The position numbers and the translations under genes are program-made. A stretch of 64,000 bases of DNA from Halieaceae bacterium (GTDB taxonomy: Bacteria > Pseudomonadota > Gammaproteobacteria > Pseudomonadales > Halieaceae): contig CABYVD010000002.1 in assembly GCA_902522335.1 (NCBI GenBank), positions 16,428 through 80,427 of the forward strand, read 5' to 3'. Position 1 is the stretch's first letter; every line of letters starts with the position of its first letter. Shown piece by piece: positions 40,720 through 50,572 of the stretch. The notes beneath the pieces are model-generated. The model was given only the letters and a program-made list of their open reading frames with translations, had not been told where the DNA came from and ran no database searches.

Positions 40720-42639
40720 TTGATGTCGACGACAAAAAAGACCCTACTTCTCGCTACCCCGGTGGTCCTGCTTAGTGGATGGTTTGCTTACGACTACTTG
40801 GTGACCAATCTCAAATTTATACCTAACACTGATGAAGAGCGCGCGGCGATTCGAGCTGAGATAGCAGCGCAAGACGAAAACACCTTCTACAAACCTGTGC
40901 AGGGTCCAAGGTCACTTCAGCCGGCAAACCCACTTAACAACGTCTACTTCGGGGACCTTCACGTTCACTCTAACTTGTCTGCGGACGCTTACCTTTTTGG
41001 TAACCGGCGAGATCTCGATGCGACCTACCGGTTCGGCAAAGGCGAGTCAGCGCCGATTGAGACCGGTGAAATTATTGAAATTACACGACCCCTAGACTTT
41101 GCCGCGGTCACCGACCACGCCGAGGGCTTTGGGCGTGTCACGGCATGCTTTGATCCTGCAACACCAGAGATTGCGGAGAGCTGTGAGCTGCTCAACAGCC
41201 CTAACTTACTGTCGTTTATAGAGATAAGAGCAAATGTTGAGAACCGGCCCTTGGTCGAAAACCTCAGTTATTTTGGCGATGACAAAGCGGTGGAGCGTCA
41301 GTATCACCTGAATACGTGGGAGGCGATAAAAGCGGCGGCTGAGCGACACAACGAACCAGGCGTCTTCACTACCTTTGCTGCCTACGAGTACTCCCCTGCC
41401 ATGGTCGATCGGGGTAAGCACCACCGTAACGTGATCTTCCGCACCAGTGTCACGCCCGACTACGCCGTCTCTGCCTATGACGCCGACTCCGAGATTAATC
41501 TCTGGAAACAACTGGATGCGTCTTGCGGCGAGGGCTGTGAGTTTCTGACGATTCCCCACAATCCGAACAAGAGTTGGGGCTTGGCCTTCGCCAGCGAAAC
41601 GATTGATGGCGTTCCCTACACCCGCGATGACTGGCGCCTTCGTGAGAAATTTGAGCCTTTGGTTGAGATGTTCCAGATCAAGGGTAACTCCGAGTGTGTG
41701 CTTGGCTTTGGCGCCACCGATGAAGAGTGTGGCTTCGAACAGTTCTTCCCCGTTTGTGAGGAAGGACAGGTCACAATGTGCATTCATCCAACCTCAATGG
41801 CTCGAGACGGTCTTAAGAAAGGACTGGTGTTGGAGGAGACCCTCGGTTTTAACCCCATGAAGTTTGGCCTAATGGCCTCGACTGATACCCACAACTCGAA
41901 CCCGGGTGATGCAGAAGAATGGGACTACCGCGGTGCCAACTCCTACATGGGCTCGCCGGCTAAAGAAAGGCTTTCAGATGGCCTGCGACAACCCAAAGTC
42001 ACCAACCCGGGTGGTCTCGCCGCGGTATGGGCACCGGAAAACACGCGTGATGCCTTGTTTGACGCCATGAGCCGTCGTGAGGTCTACGCGACCAGTGGAA
42101 CACGCCCAACGCTCCGCTTCTTTGCAGGTGCCAACTTACCTGAGGACATCGCGCAAACAGGTGATCTTGAAGCCGCTTATACCAATGGTGTTGCCATGGG
42201 TGGCACCCTCAATCCTGATGATGGTGCGCCACGACTGTTTGTTTGGGCCACGCAAGACCCCGACCATGCACCGTTAGCGAAAATACAAATCATCAAAGGC
42301 TGGCTCGAGGACGGCGAGACCCGTGAAAAAATCTTTGAGGTTGCTTGCGCGGATACCCACGTCAGTGGTGCCTGCGTTTCCACGCTAGCGCCAGTCGATC
42401 TCAGTGACTGTTCCTGGTCCGCCAATGCAGGCGCGCCAGAACTTCGCGCGGACTGGGTAGACCCGGACTACGATGCCAATCACAACGCGTTTTATTACGC
42501 GAGAGTGATTCAGATACCGAGCTGCCGCTGGACCACCTATGACAGTTTGCGGCTAGGACAGGCGCCGCCGACAGACGTACCGGCCGCCATAACCGAAATG
42601 GCATGGAGTTCACCTATCTGGGTGTCATCCAGAGACTGA
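40720..42639 (+). CDS. DUF3604 domain protein (PHP-like metallo-hydrolase)
   Basis: YFGDLHVHS..SADA, LDFAAVTDHAE, AYEYS, HRNVIFR, IPHNPN.S, STDTHN, GGLAAVWA.ENTR, REVYATSG, FYYARV, AWSSPIW. Confidence 0.9.
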   Translation: MMSTTKKTLLLATPVVLLSGWFAYDYLVTNLKFIPNTDEERAAIRAEIAAQDENTFYKPVQGPRSLQPANPLNNVYFGDLHVHSNLSADAYLFGNRRDLDATYRFGKGESAPIETGEIIEITRPLDFAAVTDHAEGFGRVTACFDPATPEIAESCELLNSPNLLSFIEIRANVENRPLVENLSYFGDDKAVERQYHLNTWEAIKAAAERHNEPGVFTTFAAYEYSPAMVDRGKHHRNVIFRTSVTPDYAVSAYDADSEINLWKQLDASCGEGCEFLTIPHNPNKSWGLAFASETIDGVPYTRDDWRLREKFEPLVEMFQIKGNSECVLGFGATDEECGFEQFFPVCEEGQVTMCIHPTSMARDGLKKGLVLEETLGFNPMKFGLMASTDTHNSNPGDAEEWDYRGANSYMGSPAKERLSDGLRQPKVTNPGGLAAVWAPENTRDALFDAMSRREVYATSGTRPTLRFFAGANLPEDIAQTGDLEAAYTNGVAMGGTLNPDDGAPRLFVWATQDPDHAPLAKIQIIKGWLEDGETREKIFEVACADTHVSGACVSTLAPVDLSDCSWSANAGAPELRADWVDPDYDANHNAFYYARVIQIPSCRWTTYDSLRLGQAPPTDVPAAITEMAWSSPIWVSSRD

Positions 42640-42731
42640 AGCACCATCTAAAGCCGGTACTTTTCGATCTTTTAGGGATTTTTCGCTATTTTTCTCGACT
42701 TATAGCGAATTTTAACGGCTTTTGGTCGTTT

Positions 42732-43088
42732 CTAGCTGTCGCCTTCCAGCAAGTCTTCATTGCCGGCATCGTCCTTCTCCGGCGACGTCAAAATAAGTTT
42801 TTGAGGTTTATCCTTCGACTTTCCAATCGGCTCGTTCGTCTCCCATCGCACGCATCGATCGATGGCCACATTGCCCTGCGGATTATCGATAGTGTTGCCC
42901 AGACTGTACTGACCTGCCACCACACCTGCTTTTGGTGCAATTTCCTGACTCAAACACTTTGGGAAATACGGTGTGCTGTCGAGCCCCAGTTCTTTCTCGA
43001 GCGCAGCGACCTCGCGCTGCTTGGGTGTGGCACAGCCTGCTAGCGTGAAGCTTGTGATGATGGCGATAAGACCAACGGAGAAGCGCAT
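42732..43088 (-). CDS. Small hypothetical lipoprotein
   Basis: MRFSVGLIAIITSFTLAG-C lipobox; ATG 43088. Confidence 0.6.
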   Translation of the reverse strand: MRFSVGLIAIITSFTLAGCATPKQREVAALEKELGLDSTPYFPKCLSQEIAPKAGVVAGQYSLGNTIDNPQGNVAIDRCVRWETNEPIGKSKDKPQKLILTSPEKDDAGNEDLLEGDS

Positions 43089-43448
43089 GGGCAATTCCTC
43101 TGCTCGATTACTCACAGCTTAGTACGGCATTACGGGTTTTACGAGGGCAGACTCTTGAATAGACGCCAAGGTGGTGCTGTGGTTAAGGGTATCTCGAAGC
43201 ACATTGCGCTTGAGACATGACTGGACCGACACGTGCCGTGCCATGCACGCTGCCTTAAACCTACTGCAGCCGAGCACCTACTGAAATAGCCACTGCATTG
43301 CCTATATGCCGAACCCGAGCAAAGTGAGCACCCAATGTCACCTATGCCCGCTTTTACACAGCGAGGACATTTCGTCGCACTGGGCCTTTTCGGTGGAATC
43401 GGCTTCGGTAATACTCTGCTGTAAACACCAGTATAAGAACCACCTCAC

Positions 43449-45551
43449 ATGACCCGTAAAACAACGCACCGCACCCGATATACCCTCGTTTTTAGCGCAC
43501 TCGTCAGCTCGCTCAGCACCATGGCCTTGTTTGGATATTCAGCACCTGCCGCCGATCTTCCAGCCTTCAGTGCTGAGGACGTATTTGAGATGGAATACGC
43601 TAACGACCCTAAGGTATCGCCCGATGGGTCTCGTGTTGCCTACGTTAGAAGTTCCATGGACATCATGACTGACCGCACGCGACGCACCATTTGGGTAGTT
43701 GATATTGATGGCAGCGGTCACCGCCCATTGGTCAGTGGCGCCGGGAATTTCAGCTCACCACGCTGGTCGCCCTCCGGTGATCGGCTGGCCTACCTGTCGA
43801 ATACCGAGGGCAAAACCCAGTTGTTCGTGCAGTGGCTCGAGGGTGGTGAAACCGCCAAGGTAACCACCCTACCCCAGTCGCCACGCAGTATTGTCTGGTC
43901 ACCCGATGGTAAACACATTGCCTTTACTCGATTTGTTCCTGCACCACCTCCCACATTGGCCGATATGCCAGCCAAGCCAAAAGACGCGAAGTGGGCAGAG
44001 CCAGCAACCGTGGTTGATCGCATGACCTTCCGATTTGATGGTGGCGGCTACCTACCTACCGGCAACCAGCAGGTGTTCGTTGTGCCCGCAGACGGCGGCA
44101 CCCCGCGTCAGATGACCTCAGGGGATTACCCCATCAGCGGGACGGTCTCGTGGATGCCTGACAGCCAGTCGATCGTCTTCTCAAGCAATCGACGCGAAAA
44201 TGTTGAGTACCACCCACGTCAAAATGATTTGTATGTCGCTTCAATAACCACGGGTGAGCTCACTCAAATGACGGACCATGCGGGTCCTGAAGGCAATCCC
44301 GCGGTATCACCCAATGGTCGATACCTTGCCTACACGTCAGCCGCCGATACACGGCAGGGCTATAACCGCGCGGACCTCCGCGTCATGGATTTAACCTCGG
44401 GCGAGAGCCGTTCGCTGACAGCCGACCTCGATCGATCGGTGTCTGATATCCAATGGTCAGCCGACAGCAAAAGCATCTGGATTCGCTACAACGATCTGGG
44501 CATGGCCCGCATTGCCGAAGTTGATCTGAAGGGCAACCTCACGCGAGCCGATGTTGTTCTCGGTGGTACGGCACTGGGACGTCCTTACACCAGTGGCACG
44601 TTCTCGGTCGGGGGTAAAGACCGTATTGCCTACACGCTAGGTCGCGACGATCGACCCGCAGATCTCGCGCTAATGCGGTCTGGCAAGCAACCGCTGCAGC
44701 TGACAGACCTCAACAGTGACCTCATGGGGCAACGTGAAATGTCGCGGGTTGAGCGCATGGTCTGGCCCTCCTCCCACGACAGCATGGAAATCGAAGGCTG
44801 GGTGATGAAACCACCCGGCTTTGATCCCGAAAAACAGTACCCCATGATTCTGGAGATCCATGGCGGTCCGCACTCGGCCTATGGACCGAACTATTCGACC
44901 GAAGCACAGCTGTTTGCGGCCGCAGGCTACGTGGTGTTCTACACCAACCCTCGGGGCAGCACGAGCTATGGCGAGAAGTTCGCGAATGAAATCGACTTGG
45001 CCTATCCCGGCTACGACTACGATGACCTGATATCAGGCGTGGATGCACTCATCGACAAAGGCTATGTCGATAGCGACCAAGTGTTTGTTACTGGCGGCTC
45101 CGGTGGTGGCGTCTTAACCGCCTGGATTGTCGGTAAAACCGATCGGTTCCGAGCGGCCGTGGTCGCAAAGCCCGTCATTAACTGGGCGAGTTTCGTGTTA
45201 ACGGCCGATCTCAACTACTTCTTTGCGACCACCTGGTTCGATGTCGCCCCATGGGAAGATTACGAGAGTTACTGGAAGCGCTCACCCCTGTCGCTAGTGG
45301 GTAATGTCTCGACGCCCACAATGTTGCTTACGGGCGAGGAGGATTACCGAACGCCCATGAGCGAAACCGAGCAGTACTATCAAGCCTTGAAGCACCGGGG
45401 CGTTGATACGTTGATGGTTCGCATCCCCGGCGCAAGCCATAGCATTTATGCGCGGCCCTCCAACCTCATCGCGAAGGTCAACAATATCTTGGCGTGGTTT
45501 GAGCGCTACAGGGATGATGTGAGTGATGCAGAGGACGGTGCGGCTAAATAG
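43449..45551 (+). CDS. S9 family peptidase (acylaminoacyl/dipeptidyl peptidase)
   Basis: Repeated WSPDG beta-propeller, IHGGPH, NPRGSTSYG, GGSGGG nucleophile, GEEDYRTP, ASH; signal peptide. Confidence 0.93.
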   Translation: MTRKTTHRTRYTLVFSALVSSLSTMALFGYSAPAADLPAFSAEDVFEMEYANDPKVSPDGSRVAYVRSSMDIMTDRTRRTIWVVDIDGSGHRPLVSGAGNFSSPRWSPSGDRLAYLSNTEGKTQLFVQWLEGGETAKVTTLPQSPRSIVWSPDGKHIAFTRFVPAPPPTLADMPAKPKDAKWAEPATVVDRMTFRFDGGGYLPTGNQQVFVVPADGGTPRQMTSGDYPISGTVSWMPDSQSIVFSSNRRENVEYHPRQNDLYVASITTGELTQMTDHAGPEGNPAVSPNGRYLAYTSAADTRQGYNRADLRVMDLTSGESRSLTADLDRSVSDIQWSADSKSIWIRYNDLGMARIAEVDLKGNLTRADVVLGGTALGRPYTSGTFSVGGKDRIAYTLGRDDRPADLALMRSGKQPLQLTDLNSDLMGQREMSRVERMVWPSSHDSMEIEGWVMKPPGFDPEKQYPMILEIHGGPHSAYGPNYSTEAQLFAAAGYVVFYTNPRGSTSYGEKFANEIDLAYPGYDYDDLISGVDALIDKGYVDSDQVFVTGGSGGGVLTAWIVGKTDRFRAAVVAKPVINWASFVLTADLNYFFATTWFDVAPWEDYESYWKRSPLSLVGNVSTPTMLLTGEEDYRTPMSETEQYYQALKHRGVDTLMVRIPGASHSIYARPSNLIAKVNNILAWFERYRDDVSDAEDGAAK

Positions 45552-45629
45552 CCCGCACCCACACGCCGAAAACGAGACAACTACGGTCCAGATACAACCC
45601 AAAGAAATAATTTTTAAGAAGGTAAACCC

Positions 45630-46829
45630 ATGCGATCACTCCTTACTGCCCTTACTCTCGGGGCCATCACGCTAAGTGCTGTAGCGCTGCCAGCGAGCGC
45701 CACGACAAAGCAAGAAGTAGAAGGTCTCCTCGAGCGACTCAAATCAGGCGATCTTGACGCCAATGTTCTGCTTTACCCCACCGCTGATCGCCGTGTGGCC
45801 TTTGCGCATGCCAACGCCTGGATGCCGACGCGTCCCTTGTTTCCATCCGAGAATCCCCATGCCCTGACCACAGAGATTGACGGGGATCTTGAAAATGTGA
45901 GTTATCAAGTCGGTGGTGAGACATTCACGGTTGGGGATTTTCTGAAGCGGGAACCCCTCATGGGTATGGCGGTCGTCAAGGGCGACACCATCAAGCTTGA
46001 GCACTACGCTAAAGACCATAGTCCGGAGTCTGTCTGGGTCCCGTTCTCGGTAACCAAGTCCTTTACCTCAACGCTCATTGGTGCCGCGGTAAAAGATGGG
46101 TACATCGGCAGTATTGATGACACGGTCGAGACCTATTTGCCGCGGCTCAAAGGCACGGCTTACGGCGCGGTGTCGATTAAAAACATTCTTCAAATGTCTT
46201 CGGGCGTGGCATGGAATGAGAACTACGCCGATCCGGATTCTGACGTCGCGAAAGCGGGTACGTACCAAGGGACCCAGCTAACGGATTACTTGGGAACGCT
46301 GCCGCAAAAGCACAAACCCGGAAAGGTGTTTAACTACAACACAGCTGAAAGCAATCTCTTGGGTGAGGTATTGAGAGCGGCAGTCGGCAACTCGGCCACT
46401 GACTATATGAACGCCAAAATCTGGCAAGGTTTTGGCATGGAGCATTGGGGTAATTGGATGCAGTCCGCCCCGTTTGCTGGCGAAACCGGCGGCTGCTGCA
46501 TCAGTGCATCCGTCCGTGACTATGCGCGACTCGGTATTTTCGTGAAAAACGGCGCGGTGAATGCGGTAGGTGAGTCCATCGTGCCCGATGGCTGGATGGC
46601 CGAGGCCACATCACCCTCAAAAGGATATGAAGGCTACGGGTACAAGTGGTGGCTAGAGGGCGGCGGTAGCTATATGGCTGCGGGTATCTTTGGCCAGTTC
46701 ATCTTCATCGATCCAAATAATGATGTCGTAATCTCGATGCACAGCAATGCGCCTGCGGCCGTGGAAACCAACTACCACGCCCATGCCGATGCTGCGATGA
46801 AGGCAATTGCGGCGTCTTTCGGCTCGTAA
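45630..46829 (+). CDS. Secreted serine hydrolase, beta-lactamase class C / NylB-like family
   Basis: FSVTKS (SxxK), LQMSSG, FNYNT, RDYARLG, YGYKWW, AAGIFGQ. Confidence 0.88.
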   Translation: MRSLLTALTLGAITLSAVALPASATTKQEVEGLLERLKSGDLDANVLLYPTADRRVAFAHANAWMPTRPLFPSENPHALTTEIDGDLENVSYQVGGETFTVGDFLKREPLMGMAVVKGDTIKLEHYAKDHSPESVWVPFSVTKSFTSTLIGAAVKDGYIGSIDDTVETYLPRLKGTAYGAVSIKNILQMSSGVAWNENYADPDSDVAKAGTYQGTQLTDYLGTLPQKHKPGKVFNYNTAESNLLGEVLRAAVGNSATDYMNAKIWQGFGMEHWGNWMQSAPFAGETGGCCISASVRDYARLGIFVKNGAVNAVGESIVPDGWMAEATSPSKGYEGYGYKWWLEGGGSYMAAGIFGQFIFIDPNNDVVISMHSNAPAAVETNYHAHADAAMKAIAASFGS

Positions 46830-46962
46830 ACTCTGACTTTCAACGACTCAAGAGGTGTACGTTAGTTAAGGCGACCTTTTTTTTCTTGGGCAACGGTTTT
46901 TGAAAAACGGTTTTAGACAAGGGGGCACGGCTCACGGTAAACCTTCAAGCTGCAATCAAAGG

Positions 46963-47721
46963 TTAGTCCCTACCTAGAATGAGTGTGGGCACACCATGAG
47001 TTTTGTCACGCACCGTGCAGACCCTAGTGCCGGGACGTCGGCCGGTGCGGACCTCTGAGACATCAAAACCACGCTCAGTGAGCTCGCAATGGGTCGCTTC
47101 GATATTGTCCGTACGCCAGCTCAAACCGAAGAAGCGATCCCGCTCGGGACCTAGAGGCTTCGATATGGGCTGGTAGACCTCAACGATGAGATCACCGCAG
47201 CGAAAGAACATCAGACGCGCATCCCAGTTCTCGTTGGTGAGATCGAGCCGCATATCGAGCTGTAACCGACCACCCAGTAACGCAGAGGTGAAGTCTCCAT
47301 CCCCACTAGCAACCACTGCATGATCAAGACCTGATAAGGCCCCCGGGCTTGGCAAATCGCCGGACTCGATGTCACGCGCGGCCGTCAGAGCCAAGTTCAC
47401 GCTGCGAGTAGTCTCCGGATTGAGAGCCAGGAATTGATTATCCGACGCATCATCAACGATCTCGATGCCTACATTGGGCAGTCGGCGACGCGCACCGTCC
47501 AAGTCAGGACAGCCAAAGACCAGCTGTTTGAGGCCCTGCCTCTCAGAGGTTTCGACCAATCGGAGGCAGGTATTTGCCAGCTGAAAACTCACTGAAGAAC
47601 CGCCTCGGAACTCCCCTTCCTGCCCGCCAGTCCCCGTCAGAGCCGCATAATCAATCGCCGCAGCAGGCAGGTCGTTGACGCCAACAACGACAGAATCGAG
47701 TTGAGAAATCATTCGGGACAT
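46963..47721 (-). CDS. VOC (glyoxalase-like) family protein, two-domain
   Basis: LDSVVVGVNDL and LDHAVV repeats, FFRCGDLIVEV, GLSWR, GRRPGTRVCTVRD.THGVPTL; ATG 47721 after AAGGA. Confidence 0.8.
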   Translation of the reverse strand: MSRMISQLDSVVVGVNDLPAAAIDYAALTGTGGQEGEFRGGSSVSFQLANTCLRLVETSERQGLKQLVFGCPDLDGARRRLPNVGIEIVDDASDNQFLALNPETTRSVNLALTAARDIESGDLPSPGALSGLDHAVVASGDGDFTSALLGGRLQLDMRLDLTNENWDARLMFFRCGDLIVEVYQPISKPLGPERDRFFGLSWRTDNIEATHCELTERGFDVSEVRTGRRPGTRVCTVRDKTHGVPTLILGRD

Positions 47722-47950
47722 AGCGTCCTTCCTTAGTTTTGATTGTCTAAGCCAGTGCTGCAAGGATACGTGGCTGCTTTTTCAAACCCAAGGGTTATCG
47801 CCTGCCAATGGGAATTTCAATTGGCTTCCCAGTTCACCGTCCCGTTTCAGACGAGAGAATGAGTTTCTTGTGCGTCTCGCTGTGTTTCGCCAAGCTACGT
47901 GAGTCTGGTCCAATCGTGGTGAGTAAAAGGCAATCGCACGTGTGAGCGGT

Positions 47951-49018
47951 CTAGTCCTCATTCTGCTCAAATGGCAACCGCCGCGATGCGTGCTCCCAAC
48001 CATCCTGAAGCCTGACGCCGATGCCAATGAGACGCACCGGCATCTCGCGCCGCTGCCATCCCTCGATGAGTAGCTGACGATAGTCAGACTCGACGGCTGC
48101 GGTCCCCACACGCTCGACCGTTGTACTGCTGAAGTCGGAGAATTTCAGTTTCACAAAGGCTTTGTGAATGCTTTCGCTGGCATTCGCTGACTCAATGCGG
48201 CCCAGTAATTGCTCGAAGAGCTTGTCGACGTAAGGCTCCCACACTGTGGGTCCCGCGAGGTCTTCACCAAAGGTGGTTTCAACGCTGATCGATTTGCGGA
48301 TACGGCTCGGTTGGACCGGGCGCTCGTCTTTGCCACGCGCGCGCTCGTGAAGCACAACACCGAACTTGCCAAAACGGCGAATGAGGTCATGGAGTTCCCA
48401 CTCGCGGATATCCGCGCAGGTCTTGAGGCCGTAGCGATGCATTTTTTCAGCGGTCACCGAGCCGACACCGGGTATCTTTTTCACAGGCAATGCGCCGACA
48501 AAGGCGTCGACCTGCTCGGGCGTCACAACGGTCAATCCGTCGGGCTTCTTCCAGTCCGAGGCGACCTTGGCGATAAACTTATTTACTGAGACACCCGCCG
48601 AGACCGTGATATCGAGCTCCTTTAGTACCTTGGCCCGAATTTCCTTAGCGATTTTCGTCGCAGTCAAGCTCTCGCCACTCGACTCAGATACATCCAGATA
48701 AGCCTCGTCCAGCGACAGCGGCTCGATGATTTCGGTGTACTCCTCAAATATGCCGCGCATGGCCTTGGACGCCTCACGGTATTTCATGAACTGCGGCGGT
48801 ACGACGGTTAAATGCGGACAGAGGCGCATGGCATGCGCTGTGGACATGGCTGAGCGCACCCCGAACTTGCGCGCATCATAGTTGGCCGTCGTGAGTACAC
48901 CCCGACGTTCGGCACTGCCCCCCACCGCCATGGGGATACCGCGCAACGTTGGGTCGTCACGCATCTCTATGGCGGCGTAAAAGCAATCAGCGTCGATGTG
49001 AATGATCTTGCGCTGCAT
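47951..49018 (-). CDS. dinB: DNA polymerase IV
   Basis: RKIIHIDADCFYAAIE, ANYDARKFGVRSAM, EPLSLDEAYLDV, AKVASDWKKPDG, RKSISVETTF, VRLIG. Confidence 0.96.
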   Translation of the reverse strand: MQRKIIHIDADCFYAAIEMRDDPTLRGIPMAVGGSAERRGVLTTANYDARKFGVRSAMSTAHAMRLCPHLTVVPPQFMKYREASKAMRGIFEEYTEIIEPLSLDEAYLDVSESSGESLTATKIAKEIRAKVLKELDITVSAGVSVNKFIAKVASDWKKPDGLTVVTPEQVDAFVGALPVKKIPGVGSVTAEKMHRYGLKTCADIREWELHDLIRRFGKFGVVLHERARGKDERPVQPSRIRKSISVETTFGEDLAGPTVWEPYVDKLFEQLLGRIESANASESIHKAFVKLKFSDFSSTTVERVGTAAVESDYRQLLIEGWQRREMPVRLIGIGVRLQDGWEHASRRLPFEQNED

Positions 49019-49060
49019 GGCAGTTCCACTCAGTCAGACGTGAAGGCAGCCATGGAAGAT

Positions 49061-50572
49061 CTACCCCTCAAACCACGCATTGAGTGCTGGCTTGGTGACC
49101 TTACCGAGCGCGTTGCGCGGCAAGGCATCGGTGAAAATCCACTTTCGAGGGACCTTGTAGCCACTCATGCGCTCACGTGACCACTGAACGAGGTCACCCT
49201 CAGAGACAGCGTTAGCCAGAACAACAGCCGCGGCAACGATTTCGCCCCATTCATCATCCGGCACACCAATCACGGCTACTTCGCTGACATCCGGGTGCTC
49301 AAGCAAGGTGGCCTCAATCTCGAGCGCAGAGAGCTTGTAACCACCCGACTTGATAATGTCGATGGAGGCACGCCCCAAGATGCGATACGCGCCTTCATCA
49401 ACAACCGCAATATCACCTGTCAGAAACCACCCGTCGGCAAACGCCTTTGCAGTGGATTCAGGATTGCCCCAATACTCTCTGAAGGCTGTCCGGCTTTTCA
49501 CAGCTAGCTCTCCGGGCGTTGCTGGATCGGTAATGTCCTCACCGCTCTCGCTGACACGTTTAATCACAACACCGGGCAGCGGTTGCCCTACATGGCCGGG
49601 CCGACGATCACCCTCGTAAGGGTTGGAGAGCGCCATACCTAACTCGGTCATGCCATAACGCTCAAGGAAACGCTGAGATGTCAGCGTTTCCCACTCGTCG
49701 AAGAGGGGCACCGGGCAGGCAGCAGAGCCCGAAACGTTGAGACGCATATTGGCGAAGCCCTCAGTTACTTGGTCACGCGTGGCGTCATCCAATGTCTTTA
49801 GATAGGCAACGAGTTTGACATAGATGGTAGGCACCGCCATGAAGACCGAGTAGCGATCGTTCGCCACCTTTTGACAGACCTGCTGGGCATCAAACCGCGC
49901 GTAAAGATCGACCGTCGCGCCTCGCCACAACGCACACAGCAAAATATTGACGATGCCGTGGACGTGATGGAGCGGCAAAAATAATGGGATAACATCCGTC
50001 GCTTCCCAGCCCCAGGCCTCAACTAGCGAAGTCACCATTGCCGAGACGCTAGCGACCGTATGAACGACGCCTTTGGGCTTTCCGGTTGTACCGCTGGTGA
50101 AAACAATGATCGCACCCTGCTCCCCCGCCAGCGGCAAAGCACTCGGCGCCTCCGCCTCGGGTAAGTCTTCGACCGCAAGCTGCTCAACCCCGAGCGTTTC
50201 ACAGACGGCATCGAGCGCCTTCGAGCGCATCTCACTGGGGAGAAGCAGTCGTCTGACACCGGCGACCGATAGACAATGCGACAGCTCGCCTGCACTCGCG
50301 TGAACACTCAGAGGAACGGCAATACCACCTGCCGCCACAACACCAATAATCAGTGCCGCGTAATCAAAGCTTGCGGGATACAGGAACGCCACGCGCTCTT
50401 CTTTTAATGAAGCCTCACCGTTCAGCAAGCCAGCAATAACATGACTTACAGCATCGTTTAACTCGGTGTAAGTGAGACTCCGCTCACCATCAACCAGCGC
50501 GATCGCCTCACCCGCGTGGTTGAGGCTCGGAAACCACGTCACCTTTTCAGTGCTCACGGGCTCAGCGCTCAC
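49061..50572 (-). CDS. Acyl-CoA synthetase, MatB/ACSF3-like (malonate-CoA ligase type)
   Basis: FTSGTTGKPKG, LPLHHVHG, FMAVPTIY, VSGSAA, LERYGMTE.GM..SNPY, DIIKSGGYKLSALEIE, LPRNALGKV.K. Start uncertain; overlaps the upstream MFS stop. Confidence 0.82.
   Translation of the reverse strand: MSAEPVSTEKVTWFPSLNHAGEAIALVDGERSLTYTELNDAVSHVIAGLLNGEASLKEERVAFLYPASFDYAALIIGVVAAGGIAVPLSVHASAGELSHCLSVAGVRRLLLPSEMRSKALDAVCETLGVEQLAVEDLPEAEAPSALPLAGEQGAIIVFTSGTTGKPKGVVHTVASVSAMVTSLVEAWGWEATDVIPLFLPLHHVHGIVNILLCALWRGATVDLYARFDAQQVCQKVANDRYSVFMAVPTIYVKLVAYLKTLDDATRDQVTEGFANMRLNVSGSAACPVPLFDEWETLTSQRFLERYGMTELGMALSNPYEGDRRPGHVGQPLPGVVIKRVSESGEDITDPATPGELAVKSRTAFREYWGNPESTAKAFADGWFLTGDIAVVDEGAYRILGRASIDIIKSGGYKLSALEIEATLLEHPDVSEVAVIGVPDDEWGEIVAAAVVLANAVSEGDLVQWSRERMSGYKVPRKWIFTDALPRNALGKVTKPALNAWFEG

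Noticed and set aside
46892-46914. AACGGTTTTTGAAAAACGGTTTT short direct/inverted repeat
   Set aside because: Single occurrence between convergent genes with no array or other copies seen; at most a weak terminator element.
47722-47950. 229-bp intergenic region as a possible riboswitch or ncRNA (also 27649-28024, 28901-29376, 43116-43448)
   Set aside because: I could not recognise a family motif or convincing structure by eye. An Rfam/Infernal scan would be needed.
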